Sequence record: ON000910.1
Length of the DNA: 64,000 bases
Strand: one strand, 5' to 3'
A program made the position numbers and the translations under genes. The notes beneath the pieces were generated by a model. The model was not told the origin of the DNA. It worked only from the letters and a program-made list of their open reading frames with translations, and made no database searches. Position 1 is the first letter of the stretch; each line of letters begins with the position of its first letter. Below are positions 35,997-43,919 of this stretch, one piece after another.

Positions 35997-37262
35997 TTAA
36001 TTGTACAATGCCCAATCTGTTGGTCGAGTTAGTGCAACATAAGCAAGTTGCTGAACAATCTCTGGCTCGGCGTATCCCATGTCTTGAGTGTAGATACACA
36101 CACCTTTAACAGTCGTACCTTGTGACTTGTGAGTTGTTGATGCACCAAGAGACTTAGTTTCAATCATCTGCTCTTTCAAGCCCCAGAAAGCACGCCAGTA
36201 GCGTTTAGTATTACCACGCATCGACTTGTAAGTACCAGCAGCAACCATCAAGTAACGCGCAAAGCGTTCTTTCTGTAGGTCATCCCACAGAACCGTGAAC
36301 TCATACACATTACCATCGTCTTTCTCAACAGTTAGCACAGCAACATCAAACGATTCGTTGTCTACTTTTGGTAACATACCATCGATTGTTTTCTGACGAA
36401 CATCAAGAATCTTAACGATTTCACCATTGTCAATGACACAAACAGGGTACTTCCCGTTTGACTGCATAACTGGCATTTGTGTTACAAGATACTCATTCGG
36501 GATAAATGGTTCGCTCGTGTTGTAAATGTGCTCACGAATAATACCATTGAACGTATCAACACAATCGTTTGTGTAAGCAAGAATACGATAGTCAAGCAAG
36601 TCTTCAGGTGTGTTGATTTTACTCAAGTAAGTGTCTAGCATTTTATTCACGTTCGGAACGTGCAAAACGCCTTGACGCAGCTCTTTTGACCAGTTAGTGC
36701 GTAGCCATTCACCTTGACGTACTTCAGTTGCGACTTGAATCAACGGGTTGTCTTTTGCTTGTCGTACAACTTCAGTCATTTCATAAGTGTTGAACTTAGT
36801 GAACATCGGTGAGATAATACCAGGCTCATGTTTCACTGGTTGAAGCTGATACTTATCACCAACACCTAGAATGCGACACTTGCGTGGCATTGTTTTACCC
36901 ATGATGTCGTATAGCTCATTGTCGATCATACTTGCTTCTTCGACCACAAGCACATCAATTTCGTCTAGACCTTCAACATCACCAGCTTGCTTGAAGTGCT
37001 TCTGATCTTCATACGTGTCTGGGTGAATTTTCAGTAGACTGTGAATCGTTGATACATCACGACCTGTCATTTTGTGTAGCACGTTCTTTGCTTGGTGAGT
37101 TGGTGCTACCATTGCTACGTTCTTGCCTTTTGCGTCAAGTGCCGCGAGAATAGACTTCATTAAGAATGTCTTACCAGAACCCGCGGGACCAGAAATAGTC
37201 ATATGCCCATCAGAGTCGAGAAACGCATTCATTGCACCTTGTTGGCAATTAGTTAAACCCAC
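35997..37262 (-). CDS. dda: Dda DNA helicase (SF1B)
   Basis: GPAGSGKT, APTHQA, TIHSLLKI, VEEASM, GDKYQLQPV, HKSQGTT; GTG start after GAGGA. Confidence 0.95.
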   Translation of the reverse strand: MGLTNCQQGAMNAFLDSDGHMTISGPAGSGKTFLMKSILAALDAKGKNVAMVAPTHQAKNVLHKMTGRDVSTIHSLLKIHPDTYEDQKHFKQAGDVEGLDEIDVLVVEEASMIDNELYDIMGKTMPRKCRILGVGDKYQLQPVKHEPGIISPMFTKFNTYEMTEVVRQAKDNPLIQVATEVRQGEWLRTNWSKELRQGVLHVPNVNKMLDTYLSKINTPEDLLDYRILAYTNDCVDTFNGIIREHIYNTSEPFIPNEYLVTQMPVMQSNGKYPVCVIDNGEIVKILDVRQKTIDGMLPKVDNESFDVAVLTVEKDDGNVYEFTVLWDDLQKERFARYLMVAAGTYKSMRGNTKRYWRAFWGLKEQMIETKSLGASTTHKSQGTTVKGVCIYTQDMGYAEPEIVQQLAYVALTRPTDWALYN

Positions 37263-37272
37263 TATCTTTTCC

Positions 37273-37647
37273 TCATCTATATTTCCAATTGATCGTATGC
37301 ACTTTGATTGAACGCTCTCGACAAATGTCAATCATGTTCTGAGTGCCGCGACCGCCTTTGAATGCCAAACATATGTCTGGCTTGAGATCAGCCATGTCGG
37401 AGTTGCGTTTAAAACCCGCAGAATCGCCATATTTGTCCCACTCAGCTTCGCACGTGATTAAATCAACATCGATGTGCGCTTGATTCGCCCAATCTTGCGC
37501 AAGTCGATCAGCACCAAGTGCGCCGCCTTCTATAATAGTCATTCGCCCTATATAGAAGCTATTGTATAGCTTATCTAACGCAGCATAAACAAGTTTTCTA
37601 TCCCTGAACTTACGACCACCACAGACGAGTACTCTCGGTGACATCAT
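37273..37647 (-). CDS. SLOG family (YspA/DUF2493-like) protein
   Basis: VLVCGGR, IIEGGALGAD, AGFKRN, AFKGGRGT. Confidence 0.85.
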   Translation of the reverse strand: MMSPRVLVCGGRKFRDRKLVYAALDKLYNSFYIGRMTIIEGGALGADRLAQDWANQAHIDVDLITCEAEWDKYGDSAGFKRNSDMADLKPDICLAFKGGRGTQNMIDICRERSIKVHTINWKYR

Positions 37648-38099
37648 TGGTCAATTAACCAACCATATAGACAGAACTCAAGTAGTTGATGAGGCATGAG
37701 CGATGTGCTATCACCAAAATGTCCGTCGAAATGAAACTCAAGTTCTTTACCAGTCTCTTGGTTGAATATGTTTGTTGTGGTATCATGAACCCCACCGCAG
37801 CATTCACAATGCCAGTGATGTTCTTCTTGAGTCACATCGACGTGAGGGAATAGGTCTGTGATTAACTCGAACTCGTCTGGTTCTAGTTCGCGTGTTTTAA
37901 GCAGTGTTTCGATTATATTACGAGCGTCGTATTTTTCGCGTACGACAGTGCAGCCAATTGAAGGGATTTCAACCATAGCTGTCTTGTACATTTCACAGTT
38001 GTAGTTTTGATCGATGTATGATTCCCATGTTGCAGATAGCAAAAGGTCATCATTGAACATGAATTGAAGGGAGTTTTGGTCTTGAATTAGTGTAATCAT
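37644..38099 (-). CDS. hypothetical protein with CECCG motif
   Basis: 151 aa; HFDGHFG. Confidence 0.7.
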   Translation of the reverse strand: MITLIQDQNSLQFMFNDDLLLSATWESYIDQNYNCEMYKTAMVEIPSIGCTVVREKYDARNIIETLLKTRELEPDEFELITDLFPHVDVTQEEHHWHCECCGGVHDTTTNIFNQETGKELEFHFDGHFGDSTSLMPHQLLEFCLYGWLIDQ

Positions 38100-38113
38100 A
38101 TATTTCTCTCAAT

Positions 38114-38136
38114 AAAAAAGCGCCCGTAGGCGCTTT
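38114..38136 (-). terminator. rho-independent terminator
   Basis: AAAGCGCC-TACG-GGCGCTTT-TTT. Confidence 0.8.
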
Positions 38137-38141
38137 GTGTT

Positions 38142-38393
38142 TTACGGTAAACGTAAGTCTTTTGCAGTGATGTAGATGTCCGTGTCAGGGTCGTAGTACA
38201 TACCCTCACGTGCATCGTAGTAATAAACTTTACCATTCAGGTCAGTATATGGACCCTCTAGACCTGAATTAGACAAGTCTGGGTAACGGCTATCATCTAC
38301 TTTACGATGTTTGACAACACGCTCGTGAAACTCTTGTTCAGTTTCTTGCAGTTTGACTTCACCTTTTTTGAAAAAATCGTTAAAACTTTTCAT
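38142..38393 (-). CDS. late small protein, candidate internal head protein
   Basis: MKSFNDF...LQE N-terminus; TATAAATA 25 nt upstream; Tyr-rich YYYDAREGMYYDP. Confidence 0.7.
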   Translation of the reverse strand: MKSFNDFFKKGEVKLQETEQEFHERVVKHRKVDDSRYPDLSNSGLEGPYTDLNGKVYYYDAREGMYYDPDTDIYITAKDLRLP

Positions 38394-38418
38394 GTTAAAC
38401 CTCTTTATTTGTTTAACG

Positions 38419-38426
38419 TATTTATA
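38419..38426 (-). promoter_or_regulatory. T4-type late promoter
   Basis: TATAAATA on minus strand. Confidence 0.7.
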
Positions 38427-38427
38427 A

Positions 38428-39441
38428 TCAATTGTAACTATATACTGAAGGGAAGTAGAATTCGTCAAGCCAGTCATCATACCACTCGTAGAAATCATTA
38501 ACCAATTCAGGTGTGTGATTCGGAAGTGACGTTGTATCTTTTGCATTTTCTAGCACTTCAAGACGTTCTTGCAGCACTTCAGACACATATTCCCACTTGT
38601 ACTTACCTTGTTTCACGTCACGATAGAACGCTGCGTTCTTCAAAGGGAATTCCAACTTACCTACTGTTAGTATATCGATTGCTTGATCGATTACACGCAT
38701 GGCATGTGATATCGCTTTCCAATCTGAACCACTTGCAGCACGCGCTTGATATGCACGAGCACCATATTTGCTCATCATCTTCTCAAGACGACCCGCAGCT
38801 TCTTCAAACGTTATCTCAAGACCGAATACTTTCTCAAGCACACTGAATGCAGGGTCTTTCAAATCGCTCGCGTCTTTAGTTTTAGGCCCATGATACCACT
38901 GAAAACGCACGTGAGCGTCTTCTGCACACAGTTCCCATAGTTGTTTGCACAACTCAGGGCTTGAACCCAACTTCGCTTTAGAATCGACGTTGTGCGTCTC
39001 TACAGCACGGGCGAATTGCATAAGGCTGTTTAGTCGCGTACCTTTGATGCCGTACTTCTGTGCTTGATTGAGCGCGTAACCAGTCATTGCTTTAACGTTT
39101 GATGTCAAATACGTACTTGTTAACTCACGACACATAGCAGAGAATGCAGGGTTGCAGTCATCTGGGTTCTGTAGTGCATTAAATGCCAATTCAATTGCAT
39201 ACGACTGACCTGCAAGAAAGTCACGCATGAACACTTGAACTGGTATATATTCAAAGTCTTCATCGTCTGCACCGTTCTTCTCAAACGATTTGCCAGTCGT
39301 GTGTACTGAGTTCTTTATTGCAACACCGCGCAACAGTTTACGTATTTCAGGTTGAAAGACAGCTTTGTAGTCTGTATCTGACTCTGGCGTGTCTGTGCCA
39401 TAGAGTTTCGAGCCGAATAGACTCGTGAATAGTACATTCAT
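38428..39441 (-). CDS. Pol-beta superfamily nucleotidyltransferase (Nuc-transf/RlaP-like)
   Basis: FGSKLYGTDTPESDTDY motif; GYALNQAQKY; KAISHAMR. Confidence 0.85.
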   Translation of the reverse strand: MNVLFTSLFGSKLYGTDTPESDTDYKAVFQPEIRKLLRGVAIKNSVHTTGKSFEKNGADDEDFEYIPVQVFMRDFLAGQSYAIELAFNALQNPDDCNPAFSAMCRELTSTYLTSNVKAMTGYALNQAQKYGIKGTRLNSLMQFARAVETHNVDSKAKLGSSPELCKQLWELCAEDAHVRFQWYHGPKTKDASDLKDPAFSVLEKVFGLEITFEEAAGRLEKMMSKYGARAYQARAASGSDWKAISHAMRVIDQAIDILTVGKLEFPLKNAAFYRDVKQGKYKWEYVSEVLQERLEVLENAKDTTSLPNHTPELVNDFYEWYDDWLDEFYFPSVYSYN

Positions 39442-39713
39442 TGTACACTCTCCCGCATAGCGATCATTGCGGTGTAGTTCATTACACTCACGTGATCATT
39501 ATCTTCAAGTGCTTTATCGCGCAACTCATAGAGATAGTCGATAGAGCACACATTAGGGTCGAACCAACCATGACGACCTTTCTTGCGTGCATCAGCAAGT
39601 TTTCTAGCCATTTCGTGACTAGAAGCAATGATCAATTGCTTATCAGCCCACTCTTCGTCTGGTTCAATTGATGGGTCAATAGCTAAATTCATGCTTATTT
39701 GAAAGAAGTTCAT
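39438..39713 (-). CDS. hypothetical protein
   Basis: KLADARKKGRHGW...DHVSVMNYTAM motif. Confidence 0.7.
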   Translation of the reverse strand: MNFFQISMNLAIDPSIEPDEEWADKQLIIASSHEMARKLADARKKGRHGWFDPNVCSIDYLYELRDKALEDNDHVSVMNYTAMIAMRESVQ

Positions 39714-39715
39714 AA

Positions 39716-40180
39716 TTACCCCAGTGTCAATGTATTCATCATTTGTGTTTTATAGTTATCACCTAGACCGCAACTGCGTGCAGCTTGAACACCGATGTAG
39801 ATGCGCTTGTTGAATGGTTTCACGATTGACTCTAGAATTTCAACGATGTCGTGACCTAGCATAGGTTGCACGTGCTCGATGAAGATGTGTTCACGATCTT
39901 GAGTACATGCAAATGAAACTGCCTCAATGAGTTTTTCAAGATTCAGTCCACCACATACAACCAATGCACCAACACCAATTTTATTAGCCATATTAGCGTG
40001 ATGTGTTTCTGTAACGATCATTGTACAGTTGTCGATGCCACGTTGCATCATCATACCCAATAGCATAGTGTTTTTACCACTTGCAGGTGAGCCTAGAACA
40101 ACTGTGCTGTACTCGCCATTTAAAATACTCAGCTTAGAAACAGTAGTGTTCGCAGCGCGTAGAATGTCTTTTGGTGTCAT
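39716..40180 (-). CDS. small P-loop NTPase-like protein
   Basis: VLGSPASGKNT Walker A; IFIEH as possible Walker B. Confidence 0.65.
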   Translation of the reverse strand: MTPKDILRAANTTVSKLSILNGEYSTVVLGSPASGKNTMLLGMMMQRGIDNCTMIVTETHHANMANKIGVGALVVCGGLNLEKLIEAVSFACTQDREHIFIEHVQPMLGHDIVEILESIVKPFNKRIYIGVQAARSCGLGDNYKTQMMNTLTLG

Positions 40181-40232
40181 AATATAAATCTCTTTTTGTT
40201 GGATTATTGAACGTTTAATCAGAATATGCCTT

Positions 40233-40262
40233 ATGATAAGCATTTTTTACACTTTAGTCAAC
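40233..40262 (-). promoter_or_regulatory. early promoter
   Basis: TTGACT-17 nt-TATCAT. Confidence 0.7.
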
Positions 40263-40341
40263 AATTATTTTGTCTTTTTTATGAGAAAATTGTAAATCAA
40301 GTAGTGTTGTAGCACTAAATATATCATACACAATATTTTAT

Positions 40342-40430
40342 TCAGTTTCGAGGGTCGTGACTATGTATCGCATTGGTCACTGCGAGTATTGGTTCCAACT
40401 ATAGTCGCTTCCCTCGTTTTTTATTACTGA
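40342..40430 (+). ncRNA. candidate structured RNA or leader
   Basis: CGAGGG/CCCTCG and GTGACTATG/TATAGTCGC stems enclosing two hairpins, then U6. Confidence 0.4.
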
Positions 40431-40445
40431 CAACAAAGGAATACC

Positions 40446-41006
40446 GTGATGGAACTTAAAACATTTGATGAATATAAAGAAACAGAGCTTAAAGAAGCTA
40501 CAATAAAGCAATGGGCTGGTCGTTCTGCATTAGCTGGTGCATCTCTCGGTGCTGCATTTGGCTTCATGACCGCAGCAGCGGGTGCGACAGCAACAGGTGG
40601 TTTGGCAGTCGCTGTACCACTTGCAACATGGGGTGCAATTAGTCTCGGTATTCATGGTCTTATTGGTGGCGCATTATTTGCAGGCGGTCAAGCACGCAAA
40701 GACTACAGCGAACTCAAAAAGACTATGAAGAAAATCGAGAAGTATCGCTCACTGAAACAAGACGATATCACTGAGAAGAAAGTAGCAGCATTTGAAAAAG
40801 ACTTAGAGCGTTCGTTGTTCTTAGTTCGTAAGCTTCGCACAAGTCTCAACAGTGACATTGATATTGCAACAGCGAAAGGCGTATTTCGTAGCGACATCAA
40901 GCAATCTGATCAATATCTTCAAGGTCTTGAGAAGATGGAAGCAGAGCTGATAAAGATTGAAAAGGCTACTAAACGTGCTAAAAAAGCCGCTAAGAAGTCA
41001 AAATAA
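40446..41006 (+). CDS. candidate internal (capsid-packaged) protein with hydrophobic Gly/Ala hairpin
   Basis: LKTFDEY...LKEA N-terminus; AAGGA RBS; ~60-aa Gly/Ala hydrophobic stretch then coiled coil. Confidence 0.75.
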   Translation: MMELKTFDEYKETELKEATIKQWAGRSALAGASLGAAFGFMTAAAGATATGGLAVAVPLATWGAISLGIHGLIGGALFAGGQARKDYSELKKTMKKIEKYRSLKQDDITEKKVAAFEKDLERSLFLVRKLRTSLNSDIDIATAKGVFRSDIKQSDQYLQGLEKMEAELIKIEKATKRAKKAAKKSK

Positions 41007-41007
41007 C

Positions 41008-41037
41008 AAAAAAAGGGAGCTAATTGCTCCCTTTTTT
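41008..41037. terminator. bidirectional terminator at convergent junction
   Basis: A7-GGGAGC-TAATT-GCTCCC-T6. Confidence 0.9.
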
Positions 41038-41527
41038 ATCTGCGACGTTTTTTAAACTTCGATTTTTTCACTTTTTTGACTGCTCGATTTAAAAAGCTTT
41101 CTTTTTTCTGTTTCTTCTTGACTACAGTCTTTGTTATCTTCTTCGCTTCTACCTTTTTAGGTTCAACACGTTTAATCACTGGCGCTTTCTTTACAGGCTG
41201 CTTGATTACAACTTGCTTAACGTGCGTCTTCTTCGACTCAAAAGAATCACCTACTTCGTCGATTAACTCAGCAGCAACAAAACCAATCGCTGCATCACCT
41301 AAATCAAACCCGTCATCTTGCTGTACAACGACTGTCTGTGGTTGTTGCGGTTGTTCTTCAACAACAGGCGGCGTCACATCAAACTTTTCAGTAGTTGGTG
41401 CGTCAACTAGTAGCTGTTCATCTTCTTGTTCAGCATAGTAAGCGTTAGTATCAAGCGTCGCAGGTTTGTTGTCACATGCGGCAAGTGTCAGTGTTGCTAG
41501 TGCAACGAGTATAATTTTACGAATCAT
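41036..41527 (-). CDS. lipoprotein with very basic C-terminal tail
   Basis: Lipobox LAAC after hydrophobic signal; Lys/Arg-rich last ~60 aa. Confidence 0.8.
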   Translation of the reverse strand: MIRKIILVALATLTLAACDNKPATLDTNAYYAEQEDEQLLVDAPTTEKFDVTPPVVEEQPQQPQTVVVQQDDGFDLGDAAIGFVAAELIDEVGDSFESKKTHVKQVVIKQPVKKAPVIKRVEPKKVEAKKITKTVVKKKQKKESFLNRAVKKVKKSKFKKRRR

Positions 41528-42207
41528 AATAGCTCCGTGTGAAATAATTCACTAGTTTCTTCAAAGAATTTAACAGCATCTTTTTCATTGATGAAAGTAT
41601 GCCACTTCATTGATGTATGTTGCGTTTCGACCATTAGTTGATTTATTGCTACGACATATCGACCGCTATCATCTTGACCAAGTGTGACGATTCTATCGGC
41701 TTTCTCGTTGCTGTCAAAATACTGGTCAATTATTGTATCTATACCATGTGCATCTTTATCAAATCGAACTTCTTGATCGATGCCTAAATGCGTCTCAAGA
41801 CGGTCTAGTTTGTGTAATAATGCATCGTTCTGACTCTTCAACACGCGATTCTGAATGCTTTTATCAAACTTAGACACAACCCATGAGTTGATAATACCAA
41901 TAGTCAAACCAAGTAACGATGTACCAACAACAAACATACACCCGATGACATATCGACCACCCGTAGTGACAGGGTACTTGTCACCAAAACCGATTGTACT
42001 CATTGCCATCCATACTGTCCAGAACGAATCACCCGGTGTTTTGATGTTCGCGTCAGGGTTTTGTATTTCGAATGAAAATAGTATATTTGCCGCAGTAAGT
42101 GCTATTGATAGAGCGATTACTATCATCAAACCGAATATCATCAGCATATTATACTGAGCAACTCCATGCTCATCGTATTTTCGAATATGTTTCTTAAATC
42201 GTTTCAT
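41524..42207 (-). CDS. 2-TM potassium channel (KcsA-like)
   Basis: TM1, pore helix DSFWTVWMAMS, filter TIGFGD, P.T..GR, TM2, coiled coil. Confidence 0.9.
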   Translation of the reverse strand: MKRFKKHIRKYDEHGVAQYNMLMIFGLMIVIALSIALTAANILFSFEIQNPDANIKTPGDSFWTVWMAMSTIGFGDKYPVTTGGRYVIGCMFVVGTSLLGLTIGIINSWVVSKFDKSIQNRVLKSQNDALLHKLDRLETHLGIDQEVRFDKDAHGIDTIIDQYFDSNEKADRIVTLGQDDSGRYVVAINQLMVETQHTSMKWHTFINEKDAVKFFEETSELFHTELL

Positions 42208-42538
42208 TGTCGTTCACCGCCAGTGCAATTGTGAATTGAAAGTATTCTTTAAGTTCTGCATAATCAGAATCACTTAGAGTTTCTTTGATGAATTTGATAG
42301 TTGCCTTCAATGCACCGTGAGGCAAGATAACTTGTTCATCGTTGCAGTACTCAATGTCATAACGCTCGGCTAACACATTCAGATGATAATCGCGATATAC
42401 TGAACGTTGAATACTGTTCATGCAGCCATATGCGAAAGCAAGAGCACTGCGGTATTTTTCTTTATTAACGACCGCTGCGTCATTCTGTTCGACAAGTGCT
42501 TCAACAGCGCGTAAGTCAGTAGCGTTCATAACTTTCAT
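42194..42538 (-). CDS. hypothetical protein
   Basis: GAGGA RBS. Confidence 0.7.
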   Translation of the reverse strand: MKVMNATDLRAVEALVEQNDAAVVNKEKYRSALAFAYGCMNSIQRSVYRDYHLNVLAERYDIEYCNDEQVILPHGALKATIKFIKETLSDSDYAELKEYFQFTIALAVNDNETI

Positions 42539-42550
42539 AATGTTTTCCTC

Positions 42551-42808
42551 TTATAAGCAATCAATGTGAACTTCGATAGAATTTAGGTCATCAGACGAGA
42601 ACCACGTAATATCATACGGTTGAACTTCATCTGTGTCGTCATCATGAACATAACCAACACCAATACTACCTCGACGCGGTGAAATTACAAGACATCCGAT
42701 GATTTCACGATACTCAGTGATTGTGTGAACTTCACCATCAGTAGTTGTACAAGCATAGTCGATGTCATATGTTGATTCTAGTGAAGCGATAATTTGTTGT
42801 GCAGTCAT
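42551..42808 (-). CDS. early acidic protein
   Basis: GAGAACATTATG leader. Confidence 0.7.
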   Translation of the reverse strand: MTAQQIIASLESTYDIDYACTTTDGEVHTITEYREIIGCLVISPRRGSIGVGYVHDDDTDEVQPYDITWFSSDDLNSIEVHIDCL

Positions 42809-42884
42809 AATGTTCTCTTTCGTTGTTTCGTTTCAGTAGTTGTATAATACACAAAAGGGCTGACCGAAGTCAACCCTTTTTTTA
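42806..42884 (-). promoter_or_regulatory. early promoter in terminator hairpin (PeSL-like)
   Basis: AAAAAAAGGGTTGAC-TTCG-GTCAGCCCTTTT; TTGACT-18 nt-TATTAT. Confidence 0.85.
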
Positions 42885-42887
42885 AAA

Positions 42888-43919
42888 TTATTTCAAAGTA
42901 TTTTTGTCTAGCTCTTTCAGAACTAGATATTCGCTACAGCGCAACTTGGTGTTGTTGTAATCAGATGGCACAGACACAACATCACGTGGGTTGACTTTAC
43001 AAAGCACGACGCGATTACCAGCAGCTCCACCGAAGTGTGGCAAATAACCCTTAGAACATACGTGCAGACCAGCAGAACACGTTTGATCTTTGTTGTCGTT
43101 CACTTGGTGACGCAACATCCATACACGTGTACCTGGCTTATTGCACATTTTGTTACTGTGAATGTCTTTGTAGTTGTCGCGAATCTTTTTGTACGCTAAG
43201 AAGTGACCATCATCGGTTAGTTCGATGTCAGCAGCTTCTAAGAAGCCGTAAAGCTCTTCGACAGCGCGACGCGATGGGTTCTCGATTAGATTCTCGAAGA
43301 ACTTCACAAGCTTAGTAACTTGAGTCTTGTCACCATTTTCCATTGCTTCGAGAATGCGACCCGTCATACCACCATCGATATCAAGATCTTTATACTTAAC
43401 TACGCCACCTTTCACGACGACATTACCAAGCATGAACTCTTCAAGACCTTTCGCTACATCTAGAAGTTCAACAGCAAGCGCGCCGTCACCATCGATCAAT
43501 GCAGCAACGATTTTAGAGTAGTTCGGTGCTGTAATGTCAGCAGAGTATGCTTCACCATGGTATGTGAATGATACATTCACTGGTGTAATCACGTAAGCAA
43601 ATTCTTCAATTGCTTCATCAAGCTTTTTCTCGATTGTTTTATCAGGTGTTTTTGCTTTCGGCTCTTCTGCCGTACCAGTTTCATTAATCAGAGCGTTCAG
43701 ATTTTCTTTGAACACGTCTTGGCAATGCTGTTTTCGACGTGGGCGTTTCACAACTTGCTTTGCAGTGTTCAAACTGAATTTGCCTTCACGATGTTCAGCA
43801 AGAACACGTCGCAGAGTAGTCGGCGAAGTATTATGCTTCGCCGCGTTGTCTTTCTGTGTCATACCATTAGCAGATGCTTTAACGATAGACTGTTTTGTTT
43901 CGAGTGGCAAATTAACCAT
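42888..43919 (-). CDS. rIIB: rIIB lysis-inhibition-related protein
   Basis: N-terminal HTH; LIENPSRRAVEELYGFL, DGHFLAYK, CSAGLH, KVNPRDVVSVPSDYN. Confidence 0.95.
   Translation of the reverse strand: MVNLPLETKQSIVKASANGMTQKDNAAKHNTSPTTLRRVLAEHREGKFSLNTAKQVVKRPRRKQHCQDVFKENLNALINETGTAEEPKAKTPDKTIEKKLDEAIEEFAYVITPVNVSFTYHGEAYSADITAPNYSKIVAALIDGDGALAVELLDVAKGLEEFMLGNVVVKGGVVKYKDLDIDGGMTGRILEAMENGDKTQVTKLVKFFENLIENPSRRAVEELYGFLEAADIELTDDGHFLAYKKIRDNYKDIHSNKMCNKPGTRVWMLRHQVNDNKDQTCSAGLHVCSKGYLPHFGGAAGNRVVLCKVNPRDVVSVPSDYNNTKLRCSEYLVLKELDKNTLK

Noticed and set aside
39716-40180. Calling the P-loop ORF uvsX, gp41 or a kinase
   Set aside because: Too short and degenerate for those families; only the Walker A is evident.
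40349-40416. tRNA or tRNA-like gene
   Set aside because: Size fits, but there is no T-arm GTTCRA, no 7-bp acceptor stem with discriminator/CCA and no anticodon arm.
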